The notes: a model not told the origin generated them from the letters alone. DNA of 63,808 nucleotides, filler included, from Thraustochytrium aureum (GCA_012862495.1; 6 parts of 3 records of this genome joined end to end with filler, not necessarily neighbours in it); one strand, 5' to 3'; positions 50,004 through 62,147 are shown, counted from the first letter of the whole stretch. Program-made: numbers and translations.

Positions 50004-52724
50004 CCTGCGTCCTGCAAGCAAGCAAAGTCCTTGACGGATGGGCTCTGCTCCTCGTCGATTTGCTTGTCGCTGGCTGGAAAGGAAAAAGAAACGGAGCTCT
50101 GCCTTGGCGCTGCGGCTGCGACATTTTGTGGGCCTGCGACGCATGACTCGCGCCGTGACACCACCCTCCCTCCTTCCGCCTTGCTCACCAACCAGCAGCA
50201 GCCGCGCCTCCTCGTGGCCTCTGCCAGCAGCCGCAGTACCTCAGAGCGCCGGCGAGAAGTACGCGCGGATTGCGAATGCACGCCGTGAGGCGCCGCCAGA
50301 AGGCTTCGTGCGGGACTGTGAGGCCGCCGCGGCCGCGCCTCTGCGCAAGGCTGCGGAACGCATCGCCCCAGGAGGCGCGGGAAGGAGAAGGAGGGCGACC
50401 AGGAATCGCGGAATGCACCGAGGGAGGTAGGCCCCTGCGCAGCCTCAGGAGGTATGATGCCCGCTTGCTTGCTTGCTCTTGCTTGCTCGCTTGCTCGCTG
50501 CGTGCTTGCTTGCTTGCCTGGCGCACGAGGAGGAAGTAAGCAAGTGGACTGGACGAGGAAAAGAAACCGCTCACGCGCCGCTGTGCTCGTGGCACAATAA
50601 ATAATGATCAAATTGGTCCAAAAGTAACTCGAACGCGGCGAGTGCGCCTGCCGCCTGCCGGGTGAGAAGCAGCGCGCCCTGCGCGAGCGGGCGCCAACGA
50701 CGGCCATGCAGGCAGGGGCGGTCAGCGCTTTCACGACCCGTCAGGCAGCCCGTCCGAGTCGAGCCAGGCAGTTGAAGATTCGCTCACTTGCGCGCTGGGG
50801 CCTCACAGCCTGGCAGCGGATTCCTGTGCATCCATCCACAAGCAGGTACCTCCACCAGCAGTACTTACTACCGACCTTCCCGAGACTCCCTCCAACATTT
50901 GCGCCTCCTTGGTTTGCGTAAGCCCACGCCGGCCAAGAGAGCCGTCAGTCAGGCCGTCCTTGCCTTCCCAGGGATTCTAAAGCTTTCCTTCCCGCTTTCT
51001 TTCCTCCCAGCCCACCGCCCTGCTCCATCGCAGGCCGTCGTGCAACTCGCATGGCTTCGCTGCCCACTCGCGCGCTGCCTCGCGCGGCAACGAAGTACTC
51101 GTTCGAGGCCCCCTTTCGCCTGTCCAAATCCCGCCAGCCCACTCGAATCCGCCTCTCAGGTGTCCATTCTCATGGGTGTTGGCCGCCTACGTGTCGCGCG
51201 GGAGCTCTCGCTCGCTCTTGGTGTGCATTGCGAGGTGCATTCCGGATCCGAATGCACGCCGCCGCTCTCAGTTGGCATGGACGCGGGCCAGTGCAACGAT
51301 CGATCGATCGATCCATCGACCGATCGACCGTCTACCGTCGATCGAGCGAGCGAGCGAGCGAGCGGGCGGGGGGCGGGTGTGGTCTGCCACGCCCTTGACG
51401 TGGGTCAATGAATCGCTCTCCTCGGCCAGTCCATTTGCGGCCCGGGACACTTTCCTCCCTCCGTTCTTCAGCGAGACGGAGTGAAACAAGCGCGCGAGCA
51501 TGGGTGCCGTGCCAACTTGTGCCAAGCCAACACCGGACCAGCGCGTTCTCTGTGTGGCGTGCGCTCGTAGACCTCGCCAGTTCACGTCGCATCCTCTGCC
51601 TTACCTGCGCCGTTGTTGCTGTGCGGGCTCGCAAGCACGCACGCAGGCACGCACGCACGCACGCACGGAAGTATGCAGGCACGCACGCACAAAACACATG
51701 GATCACGCGCACGCCGTCGCACGCAGCGCGGCAGCGGCGCATCCAGGTGGCACACAGGCTGCGCGTGAGGCCGAAGCTCTAGGGAGCGCAGCTGGTTCAC
51801 TTGTCGCCGACTTGACTTGGCCTCGCGGTCCAAGCCTTGGGGATGAACGAAACAACTGAAGCGCTTGTCCGTCCCTCATCGCGTCGTTGAACGAACGCCA
51901 GAGAGCTCGGGAGGGAGGGAGGACACGAGCGTTGTCGTCAACACGGTGATGCGGCGTCCGCTAAGTGAAAGATTGGCTGGACGGAGCACAAATGTGTCGA
52001 ATCCGCCCACCCTCCAGAGAGCGAACAGAGCGAGCCAGCTGCGCTGACGCGGGACACTCGCAGAAGATGCTTGCGTTGCTGCTGGATGGCGACGTTGTGC
52101 CGTAGCCGACCAAGTCGGTCTGTCCTTGCGCGGCACAACCAAGGCTTGGCCAGCTAGCGGAGAGCTGAACTGCTCTCTACTCTGCTCGCAACGGCGCAAC
52201 CGAGGCTTGGCCAGCTCCGTTGGCAGGCACTGCTTGGCAGGCACAACGTTTGTTCAACGTCTGCTGGTGTGGCTGGCTGGTGGGTTGACGAGTAATGGTC
52301 GTGTTGACGAGAGGGCGGTCATGGCGATTGGGCGGGTTGATGACGCTCCTGCCTGGCAAGGAGCCTGCAAAGAATCCGACGCACCGCGCCTAGGAGCTCT
52401 TGGAGGGAGGCGGTCCCCTCTGTGCCGCTGCGCAGGCTCGGTGACACCTGGCCTTTTCTCGCCACGCTCGCAAGACGGGTACTTCTGAGGTCGTTTGACC
52501 TTTTTCAAGGAACCGCGTTGCCATCAATGTGAGGTCCGGGACTGCAAGCAAGGCGGCCAGTTCCTGCCGAGGAATGAAGCGCCGCCGTCTCGCGGTACAA
52601 GAGACGGGGTGAGGTACTCGAGTAGAGTCGAGTACAGCCTCCTCGCTCGGAGCAAGGAGGATCCTCCTCGCCTCCTTGCTACTTGTAGCTCGGATCGCTG
52701 TGGCCTTGACCAAGCAGCATGATC

Positions 52725-52937
52725 ATTCAACATCATCATCGACAACAACACCAACAACAACAACAACACCACCAGCAACAGCAACAGCAAAACGCGCACG
52801 TTCGAATAAACAGCGCTGCCCGAGCTGTGCAGTGCCACGCAGTGCTGCGCTGCGCGCGCCGCGACGCCGCTGTGATGTCGAGACGAGAGCTCATGAACCA
52901 ACCAAACCAACCAACCAAAAACAAACAAACAAACAAA
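52725..52937. repeat. (CAA/CAG)n and (AAAC/AACC)n microsatellites downstream of the Rac gene
   Basis: Direct reading at 52725-52790 and 52897-52937. Confidence 0.8.
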
Positions 52938-53035
52938 ATCAATTGATGGGCAAAAGCAGGGGAACCGAGGAACAGGGCGAGGGCAAGGGTACTCTACATG
53001 AGGCAACGTCAAGGCCGGGCAGGCAGACCAGCCCG

Positions 53036-53668
53036 TCACATGACCGTGCACGAACACTTTGTCGTCGCACTGGTCCCGGCTGACGAGCGGCGGCCTTCAG
53101 CCGGGTTTTCCAGCGCAAGCTTCTTGCCCGACGCCAAGACATGGTCAACAGCCTGGCTGAAGACAAAGTCAACGTTGTCCATCTCCTTGGCGGAGCATTC
53201 AATATACGCGATGGCACCCATCCGCTCTGCACGCTCCCGCAGCTCGCCTACCGAGGCGCTCACGTTGCCCGACTCTCGAAGGTCGCGTTTGTTGCCGACA
53301 ACCATGAAGGGCACGCCTGGGGCCTCTTCTGCGATCTCCTTGGCCCACCGCTCGAGGTTGAGCAGCGAGCGCTCGCTCCCAAGCGAAAAGCAAACCAGAA
53401 AGATGTCGGTCTCAGGATACGAGATAGGGCGAAGGTGGGCGTACTCCTCCTGGCCGGCCGTGTCCCACAAGCAAACCAGGTAGTCTTGGTCGTTGAACTG
53501 GCGCAGCGTTTCAAAGTTGTCGAACACGGTCGGCACGTACGACTTGGGAAACCGGTTCTCCGCGTAGCTGATCAGCAGGCTGGTCTTGCCCACCGCTCCG
53601 TCGCCCACGGCCACGAGCTTGATGCTCGGGAGAGCCGTGGCATCGCTGCTGCGCCCGCCGCGGCCCAT
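53036..53668 (-). CDS. Rho-family (Rac-like) small GTPase
   Basis: GDGAVGKT, YVPTVFDN, LWDTAGQEEY, GNKRD, ECSAK, C-terminal CAAX (CTVM). Confidence 0.93.
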   Translation of the reverse strand: MGRGGRSSDATALPSIKLVAVGDGAVGKTSLLISYAENRFPKSYVPTVFDNFETLRQFNDQDYLVCLWDTAGQEEYAHLRPISYPETDIFLVCFSLGSERSLLNLERWAKEIAEEAPGVPFMVVGNKRDLRESGNVSASVGELRERAERMGAIAYIECSAKEMDNVDFVFSQAVDHVLASGKKLALENPAEGRRSSAGTSATTKCSCTVM

Positions 53669-54902
53669 CGCCTTGTGGCCGCCAGCCCACCACCGCTTCA
53701 GCCCGCCGCCGCTTCAGCCGCCCGACGTCGCCCTGTCCAGTGTGCGCGATAGATTCGCGCGACCGCAGTTCGCGCGAGGCGCGACGACTCGCGCGGCCCG
53801 ACCCGACCAACCTGTCTAGCAGGACGACGCGCGTCGGTCCCGCGGCCCTCGAGGCTCGTCCCGTGCTGCGTCTGTTGCGGCCGGTTGGACGGGGTTTTGT
53901 GGAAAGAAGGAGCTTTGGCGCAAACGCGACTCGTTGCATGCATGCGTCAGACGTGTCCCTGTCCGCTCTGAGCAGGTTGTGTGGTGGTGGGTGGGTACTC
54001 TACCCACTCTTGCTGCGGCGTTCGTTCGAGCGGCTCGCAACGCGGGCTGCCGACGCTTGCGGAGCCAGCTGGGGTCAGAACGGCTGGCAACTGGGCGAAC
54101 GCGTTGTGGCGAGCTTCGCCAGCGTCGGGCTCGCTCCCTCTACAGAACTTGTCGCAGCTCGCTCCGCTGCTCGGGAGGCTCTGCTGACTTGCGGCTGGCG
54201 TTGACGCGGCCCCTCACGAGTCGGTCGCCAGCTGGCGCGATCTTCGCTCCATTCCNNNNNNNNNNNNNNNNNNNNNNNNNNNNNNNNNNNNNNNNNNNNN
54301 NNNNNNNNNNNNNNNNNNNNNNNNNNNNNNNNNNNNNNNNNNNNNNNNNNNNNNNNNNNNNNNNNNNNNNNNNNNNNNNNNNNNNNNNNNNNNNNNNNNN
54401 NNNNNNNNNNNNNAGAGTACCGAGTGAGGTTCCTCTGCGATGTGGTGTAATCCTGCGCAGAGCACTTCACTCCGTGACAAGCCCTCTAGCTCGCTAGACC
54501 GAGGCCTGGAACGGACGGACTGGCAGCGCTCTCACTGACGCGCTCCGTGTGGAAGCTTTCCCTTGGCGCCAATCGCCAGCGGCGTGCTGGCCCAACTGCA
54601 CCATCGACCGCGCTCCGCGTGCGTCAGGCGCCATGATGAAGAGAACTTGAAGTACTGGGGTGCTGTAGACCTACCTACCCTCTGTTGTTGCAAGTGCAAT
54701 GCGATTCCGCCGCCAATTGCCGGGAGCAGAGCAACCCCGCCACTGGCAGGCAGGCAGCCGGGCAGCCAGCCAGTCCAAGGAGCCAGACGGCCAGCCAGCC
54801 AGCCAGCCAGGCGGCAGTCACGCCCGCCGTCAACACCGCGCAACTCACTCGACTCGTGCGCACACCCCTCCTCGTGGGTTTGAACAACGAGCTCGGCACC
54901 AA

Positions 54903-54985
54903 ACCTGAATGTCAAGAGTCAGCTTGAGACGTTAACTGATTGTCAAGAGTCAGCAGACACGTTACCTGAATGTCACGAGTCAGTA
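54903..54985. repeat. Imperfect ~30-bp tandem repeat x3 (CTGAATGTCAAGAGTCAG core)
   Basis: Core recurs at ~54905, 54936 and 54966. Confidence 0.8.
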
Positions 54986-55304
54986 CAGGATACTCCCCAT
55001 TTCAACAATAGTCAATATTGACGTTCAAGAGCAAAATGGTTTTCGTTTTGTTGTTTTTGACCTTGATTTTGATTTGGAAAAACTGCCGGCGGCAAGCCGT
55101 CAACGCGGAGCCTCGGACGCACGCACGCGCGCGGGCGGGCTGCAGGAAGGCTCCTGGCGAGCTGCAGAGGCCGCAGGACCCGAGGCGGGCTGCGTGCTAG
55201 CCGGTCTCGCTCGTGGGCGGGCGTGGTCGCGCGTTTTTCGTCCTTGTTGGGCGCGGGGCCGGCGTTGTGGCGCGCGGCGGTGGTTGTTGCTGACTCCAGC
55301 GACG

Positions 55305-56141
55305 ATGCTCGCCTCGAGCGGCCGCTCGCCGCTGGCGGAGACGACGAATGTGGTGGAAGGCGTGCGCGAGCAGGTTGGGGAGATCACCAGAAAGCTTCAG
55401 GCCAAGAAGGAGGCCGTGCAAGGGTGGTGCAGGCAGCAACGCCTGCACGCGGACGAAACGGAACGGGCGGCGCTCGGGCGCCTTGAGGACGTCAAAGAAC
55501 GCCTTGCACAGCTCAAAGCGGAGCACCACCGCCTCGAATCGATGGGGTATGCAAACGAAATCCGTACGTTTCAAGTCTGCTTGCCTAGAGCGCTCACGCA
55601 AAGAAGGAGTCGCACGCCTTGGCCAGCGCACTGACGGCCCCCGCGCTACTGACGGCCTACTCGCGGCGCAGGAATGCGCGCCGAAAAGCAAAAGGTCAGC
55701 GACCTGCAAGGCGCACTGAGCGAGCTGCGGAGCGAGGAGGCCGCCGTGGCCCACGCCATGGACCAAGCCAGCTCCAGGCGGTCCGCCATCTTGAAAACAG
55801 CGAGCTCCGCCCAGCTTGCCATCGACCAGGAAACCGAAAAACACGAGTACCAAAACAACCAGCTCACCCGAGGTGCGCTGCTGTACAGAAAGCTGGGGCT
55901 CGACTTTGAGAAGGTGACGCAGAACCGCCTCAAGCTGCGCTTTGACCAAATCGACCCACACAACCCAAGCCGCGAGTTTTTCTTCGTCGTTTTCATCGAC
56001 GGCAGCGACCAGTACCACGTCGAGCAGGTCGAGCCGAGCGTGGGCCCAATCGACCATCTCTTGGACCAACTCAACGCCGACAACAATTTTTCGCGCTTTG
56101 TGCGGAGCATGCGGTGCAAGTTCCAAGCGCTCTGTGCGTAG
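55305..56141 (+). CDS. SPC25: Kinetochore NDC80-complex subunit Spc25; exons 55305-55563 and 55672-56141
   Basis: Coiled coil followed by LGLDFE...LKLRFDQIDPHNPSREFFF...YHV..VEP...LLDQLN..NNFSRFVRSMR..F (Spc25 RWD domain); 108-nt GTACGT...CTGAC...CAG intron restores frame. Confidence 0.88.
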
Positions 56142-56162
56142 AAAGCCAGCTCTCGCGAGTGG

Positions 56163-56190
56163 CGGCCAGCCAGCCAGGCAGCCAGCCAGG

Positions 56191-56225
<35 letters not shown>

Positions 56226-56226
56226 G
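56163..56226. repeat. (GCCA/GGCA)n microsatellite
   Basis: Direct reading. Confidence 0.85.
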
Positions 56227-56468
56227 GAGGCAGGCAGCGCGGACCAGCCATGTCAGACGCCGCTCTCGAGAGCTGCCAGGTTGGCTGGCTGTGACAAGAG
56301 ACGAGCGTCCAAGCTCAGGCCCGCGCTTCCGCATTTCCGCATTCCATATCCGCTCTGGAGAGCCAGCTCCAGCGCTCCCAAAGAGTCTCCTACAGTAGCA
56401 ATCAAATGGCGATTCTCTTGGCCCAACGTACAAGTCTCGTCTGCGCAGCAACTGGCGCGCACCCGCAT

Positions 56469-57183
56469 TTACATCGACACCGCGCCACGCGTCGACGAGA
56501 CGAGGATCGACGCGATTCGCTGCCAGGTCTGCTCACGCTGCGACGCAGCGTTTGCGTGCAAAGTCGCCCTGCTGACGTTCTCCTCGGCTGCCGCGATGGC
56601 TTCGTCCAACTTGGATCGTGGCGCCCTGAACGGCGCTTCGGCAAGCGCGTCGCACGAGCCGAGCGCTTGAACTGCGCCGTTCAGCGGCGGGCCCGGCTCA
56701 GCGCATTCTACGACCCCGCTCCGGTCAACCGCGTCTCCAGGCACGCCGACAGCGGCCGGGACGATGCCGCGGACCCCGCTGCGCAACAGCCCAGGCTGGG
56801 CGCGCCCCCCTCCTTGACCAAGACCCATGCCTGCCTGCGACGACAAGTCGCACCTGATTGCTCTGTCAGCCGACGCGCTTGCACCGTGCGATGACGAGCC
56901 GTGGCAGCTCGTCTCTGGCGGCGGATGCCATGCTGCTCCCTGTGGGTCCGCTGCGCTGGAGCAAACCCGCCGGTACCTGAATCGGATGAGGAACTCGGGC
57001 AAGACGTATCGGCCGTTGAGCATGAGATACTCCTCCTGCGCCGAGCTATACATCGAGTCAAACTTGTTCTTCGCCCCCGCTTCGACGGCGGGAAACCCCT
57101 TGTACTCGCTGCTCGTGAAGAAGACATCCCCGATGATGACGCGGCACAATGCCACGAGTTGCGGCGGTCCGAGCCCACCTGCG
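56469..57183 (-). CDS. 3' part of a protein containing a PARP/ADP-ribosyltransferase-like fold
   Basis: LCRVIIG...FDSMY...EEY...VLPEFLIRFRY resembles the C-terminal strands of PARP-like catalytic domains; 5' end truncated by scaffold end. Confidence 0.55.
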
Positions 57184-57283
57184 NNNNNNNNNNNNNNNNN
57201 NNNNNNNNNNNNNNNNNNNNNNNNNNNTTAATTAATTAANNNNNNNNNNNNNNNNNNNNNNNNNNNNNNNNNNNNNNNNNNNN
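57184..57283. other. Artificial scaffold-joining linker
   Basis: N44-TTAATTAATTAA-N44. Confidence 0.97.
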
Positions 57284-57837
57284 TTGCCTGGCTGCCTGGC
57301 TGCCTGGGAGGATCCGACTGCTGCCTGAAACTGGGAGATTGGCTGGCGTCCGTCGTTCAAGGTCGTTTGGGTGGATCTCGCCGCGTCGGGTCCTCCTTGA
57401 TGTTCGATCGATCGATCGATCGATCGACAGCCAAAGCGGAACGCTCGGCCCAGCTCCCTCTTGAGTGAAAGGGAGAAGGCCTGCCAGTGGGGGCTTTGTT
57501 GGTGCGACCCCAAATTCACAAGGAAGAAGGCCTGGGGGCTTCGTTGGTGGCGACCCCAAATCAAGCGAGCCGCAGGAGGATCATGGACGTCTTTGCCGGG
57601 ATCTGCAACTGCTGTTCATGAAACGGGCAGCGAACGAAGCTGCCGAGATGCGAGTCGCACCCCAGGAGGCTGGTCGCCGTCTCCAGCCTGATGACTCGGG
57701 TCTGTCTGACTCATGCCAAGGACGCAATACTCTACTCTACTTTTATAACTCTTGCTAGCACTTTTTCCTTCCTTTGCAACTTGCAATCACGCCGAGCTCG
57801 CGTTCACAAGCTCAGCTTCCATCCTGTCCGTGGACCT

Positions 57838-60800
57838 TTAGCACAGTCTGTGGACCTTCGGATAGCCGAGCTCCTGCGCCACCGCCTTGCACGCGTTGCA
57901 AAACCCGAGCGGCCCGCTCGCGATAAGGATCATCGTTGGCTGGGGCTCCTGCACAGTGTCGGCGTCGGCGTTCTCGGCTGCAGGCGCGGGGGGCTCCGGA
58001 GTATTCATGCGCTTGAACATGTCGGCGCAAATGTAGCCAGTTTCGTACTTGATGCCCTTCGCGTTGGGGATGTGCACCCCCTTGGGCTTGGTGACGCAGT
58101 AGGTGATCTTCAGGTTGCCGTCAGCGCGCTTCTCGAGGTCGCGCAGCTCGTCCATGTAGTAAAAGTCCGACTCTTCCGTGTTGCTGAAGAAGAGCCAGAT
58201 CTTGGACTTGCCGGCCGCGTGGCGCAAGTGGTGCTCAATTGCAGCAAGACCAGGGGTCAGGCCGGACCCGCCAGCGAAGAAGATGACGTTGTCCCAGCAT
58301 CCTTCAGGCAGGCTGCCCTTCTTGCAAAAGAGGTCCGGGCCAAACGGCCCGTGGATGCGAAGCGACTGGCCGAGGTGGAGCCTCCGCAGCGCCGGCGTCA
58401 TCTCGCCCTTCTCGTAGGTTTTGATCACAAAGTTGATGTAGCCGTCAAACACCGTGTCGGTCGGGGTGTAGAGCCGGGTCACGGGCGCTCCGTTGACCAC
58501 GTGCAAAATCTTGACGTGCTGGCCGAATTTGAGCGATGCAATCGTCTCCAGCTCGCGGCGCTCGCTCTCTGCTCGCGAGCCGCCCGAGCGCTGGATCCAC
58601 TTGTCCACAGTTGTCGGGTCTGTCGCCACGCGAATCTCAAACACCTTGTCGTTGGCGTTGTTGAGCTCCCGTGTGCCCACCACTGGAAGGTTGACAAAGC
58701 GGTGAGTGATGTGCTCGAGCACCTTTTCGTTCTTGCAAGCCACGTCGGTCGCGCTGAGCTTGCTCACCGACGGAGTGTAGTCGACGATCTTCGCCTTGAC
58801 CATGTCCCGGAGTAGGTCGCGAGCGTCGATCGAGTGCGAATAGATGGCCTTTGCGTCCTTGTCGATGCCCAAAAACGCTGCGGTGGCGTCGGTGCCGACA
58901 AAGCTCTCGATAATTNNNNNNNNNNNNNNNNNNNNNNNNNNNNNNNNNNNNNNNNNNNNNNNNNNNNNNNNNNNNNNNNNNNNNNNNNNNNNNNNNNNNN
59001 NNNNNNNNNNNNNNNNNNNNNNNNNNNNNNNNNNNNNNNNNNNNNNNNNNNNNNNNNNNNNNNNNNNNNNNNNNNNNNNNNNNNNNNNNNNNNNNNNNNN
59101 NNNNNNNNNNNNNNNNNNNNNNNNNNNNNNNNNNNNNNNNNNNNNNNNNNNNNNNNNNNNNNNNNNNNNNNNNNNNNNNNNNNNNNNNNNNNNNNNNNNN
59201 NNNNNNNNNNNNNNNNNNNNNNNNNNNNNNNNNNNGCTCCGGCGGGGTGTTTGGGGGCGTAGCCTCGCACATCCAACACCTGACCCCGAATCACCATCAG
59301 CATCTGACCCGAAGCGACCTTCTCGTTAAACTCTTTCCAGGCCCAACCCGGAAGCTTGGACAGCGTCCCGGTGTCAACTTCACAGCTGTCAAGGATACTG
59401 CTGACTCGGCGCGTTCCTGATGGCGTGACTCGCGCCTTCCCATCGGAGGCGCCGTACTTGGCGGCGCGAGACTTTAGCCGTTCTAGCCGCGCCTTTTGCT
59501 TGCGTCTGCGCCGCTGCATGTCCAGCATCCCAAACGTCCCCGCCATGAGCCCAACATAGAAAAAGTAGATGGCGCGTGGCGCCACATGGTCCGGGTCAAA
59601 CAGCTTGTCGACGCCAAGGTAGCAGTTGGATATGGCGAGCGCCAGAAGCGCCCACCCGCTGCGCTTGTGGGTCTTCTTGAAGAGCATGATCTTAGCAAGG
59701 TCGGTGCTGTTCTGCAGCCCAAGCCGCAAGTACCACCCCAGCCAGATCTGAAACACCATCCACACGACCACCAAAAGCCCGAGAATCGCGTGCGGGCTGT
59801 CGAAGAGGCGGTCGTTCAGAGCAATGGCGCTCGCCGCGAACGAGATGATCCCAATCGACCCGGCCTGAGCCAAGGTCTGGTGCAGCTCCATCGAGTATTT
59901 CCACGTCCTGAAGAAGTGGGCCACGAAAGCGCTCATCGGAATGAACACCATCCACATCAGCACCATCACAATCCCGTGCACGCTGTAAAGGACCACTACA
60001 TTGTACTCGCCCCCGTCAAAGCGCGCAGCCTCCCCCCCAATCAGGTCGACCGCAACGGAGGCGCGCTTCGAGCGCCCGTGGTACCCGCCAACCTTGGACC
60101 CGAACGCGAAGATGAAATCCACTTTGAGCTCAGTGAGGCCGTCGAGCGAGTCAGGGATGGGGAGCGCTGCGTCGCCAAGGGCGTCACCGGTGTCAAACTT
60201 GCGCGTAAAGTTCACCCACAACAGGTCGCCCTCGTACCCGCCGGTCGCCTTGCCGAAATCGTTCGATTCAAAGTTGAGGCTCTTGTCAGAGACGGGGACC
60301 TGGTCTTCCGCCGTAATTTTCATGTCCTGCACAACGATGCTGCCGCTCTCGTCTGCGTTAAAGTAGCCCATCACGACATCCGCGCCGATCATCTTGCCCG
60401 TGTTGAACCCGATAGCGACCCAGCCGGTCTTCGCAGTTGCAGCGCTAATCTGGATGTTTATCTCGCGCGCCTCCATGTCGAGGTTCCAAGAAAAGGTATA
60501 TCCCGTCAGTGGGGAGATCGTGTTGGCGGAAATAGCCGCGCGCCGCTCGCTCTCCTCGCACTCGTTCCTGGAGAGAATGTCTTGAAGGAGGAACATGTCG
60601 TCTGCGATCGTCTGAATCCCGGTGTGGTCGAGCACCATGTCGGAGAGCGTTCGCTTCTCCACGACGGCGAGGGTCTCGGCGTCAACGATGCCTGGGTTTT
60701 CGTAGTGGAATCGGTCCGCGGCACGGAGGCGGTCAAACTGGAGCTCGATCAGCCGGTTGAAAGTGGGCGGCACAATCCCGCTGATCACGGGCCGCTCAGC

Positions 60801-62147
60801 CAGCCCACCCACGTACGCGTCGATCTCGTCCACGCTGGCGTAAACCGACTTGAGCAGCCTCTGGACCTCAATGTCCGGCGTCAGCTCGTCCCACGATTTG
60901 AACCGGTCCATGTTGAGCTGCTCTCGCACGTCGTTGAAGGAAGCGAGGCCGCGGTCTCGCCCGCGCTGGATATCGTACGCGACGAGGTCCCTAAGAATGG
61001 CATGGTTCCGGAGATCGTATGCGGCCGAGACGTCGGCGTCGGCCTCCGGTTGCAAGAGCAGTCCTCGCAGCACGCGGTCAAGGCCGTTGTCCTTGACTTC
61101 AAACGGGTTAAAGATGGTCCTACCGACGGGGAGGTGGCCCTCGGGGACCGGGTGGCGGTCCTCGTCGACACGGAACACTGTCGTCGAGCTGGAGCTGTGT
61201 CCATACCTAAACGCCGACGTCATGAATGTTGTGTCGATGGACGGGTCCAGGCTCGAGTCGTATCCCTTGTACTCTGGGAGCCGCTTGCCGATGAGGATGG
61301 GCACATAGTGGTAGTACAGCTCCTTTTGCATGAGCGCGATCACGTACTTGCGCGCCCCGTCGAAGAGCTCCTGGTCTGTCCAGTCCTCGTGTATTTTAGC
61401 GAGTTGGCGCGCGCGCCAGTTGTGCTCGAGGTGGAACAGGGTGTGGAGGCAAACCATCGGCAGGTTGACGTTGGCGCGAAAGTCGCCCGCCGCAAACACA
61501 TTGTTCGCAGAGGCGGCATTCCAGGAGACCATGTCCAAGCCGAGCGTGTTCAGAGGGAGCAACTCCCCTGTCGGTCCATTCGAGGTCTTGAGGAGCCCGC
61601 CTTTAAACGTTCGAAGCTTGTCATTCCACGCCTCGGAAGGCCCATACACGGTGCTTGCGTCAACCCATGTCGATGCTGCGTTGTACGGTTCGCGGTAGCC
61701 CCCCGGGCCGATGTCGCTCTGGGTGCGATCGAACACCACCGAGGCGTTTCCGCTGCATTCCTTGTCAAAGTACGCGTCGCAGGCCTTTACAGGGATATTG
61801 AACGGCTCGCTGGCGTTGTTGGGGATCGCAGCGATGTCGTGGCAAATAAACTGGCCAAAGTAAGGGAGCAGGTCATTCGCGCCGTGCACGGCGTACCGAA
61901 ACGGGGAGCTGAAAACCTCTTGGCTGACCTCGCGCGCGCTAGGGAACGTCGAGCCCGAGGGCGCGCCGATGTCGTCCTCAAAGGCGGGCGCAACAAAGTG
62001 ATATCCCATGTGCGTTCCAACAGAGCCCCACTCGGGGTGGTCCTTGTTATTCCCAGACCCGTCAAATGTCTGAACCTCGTCGGTAGCCTTTGCGGAGGCT
62101 GCGAGGGCCAGCAGCCCGCACAAGGCCGAGGCTACATTGTGGACCAT
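57838..62147 (-). CDS. Multidomain membrane oxidoreductase: signal peptide - animal heme peroxidase - DOMON - cytochrome b561 (5 TM) - cytochrome b5 - cytochrome b5 reductase (FAD/NAD(P)H); gap at 58916-59235 falls inside the b5 domain
   Basis: Peroxidase DGSGNN, FGQFICHD, AGDFRAN, AFRYGHS, IQRGRD; DOMON GWVAIGF..KMIGADVVMG...YH; b561 His quartet HGIVM/HQTL/HAILG/HKRSG; b5 HPAG|gap|IIESFVGTDAT..F..HS..A; reductase RLYTP, KTY..GEMT, GPFG, AGGSGLTP, SGP. Confidence 0.88.

Noticed and set aside
5010..57283. Five identical TTAATTAATTAA palindromes as a biological repeat or element end
   Set aside because: Each is centred in exactly 44+44 Ns and gives stops in all frames, so it is an artificial concatenation linker
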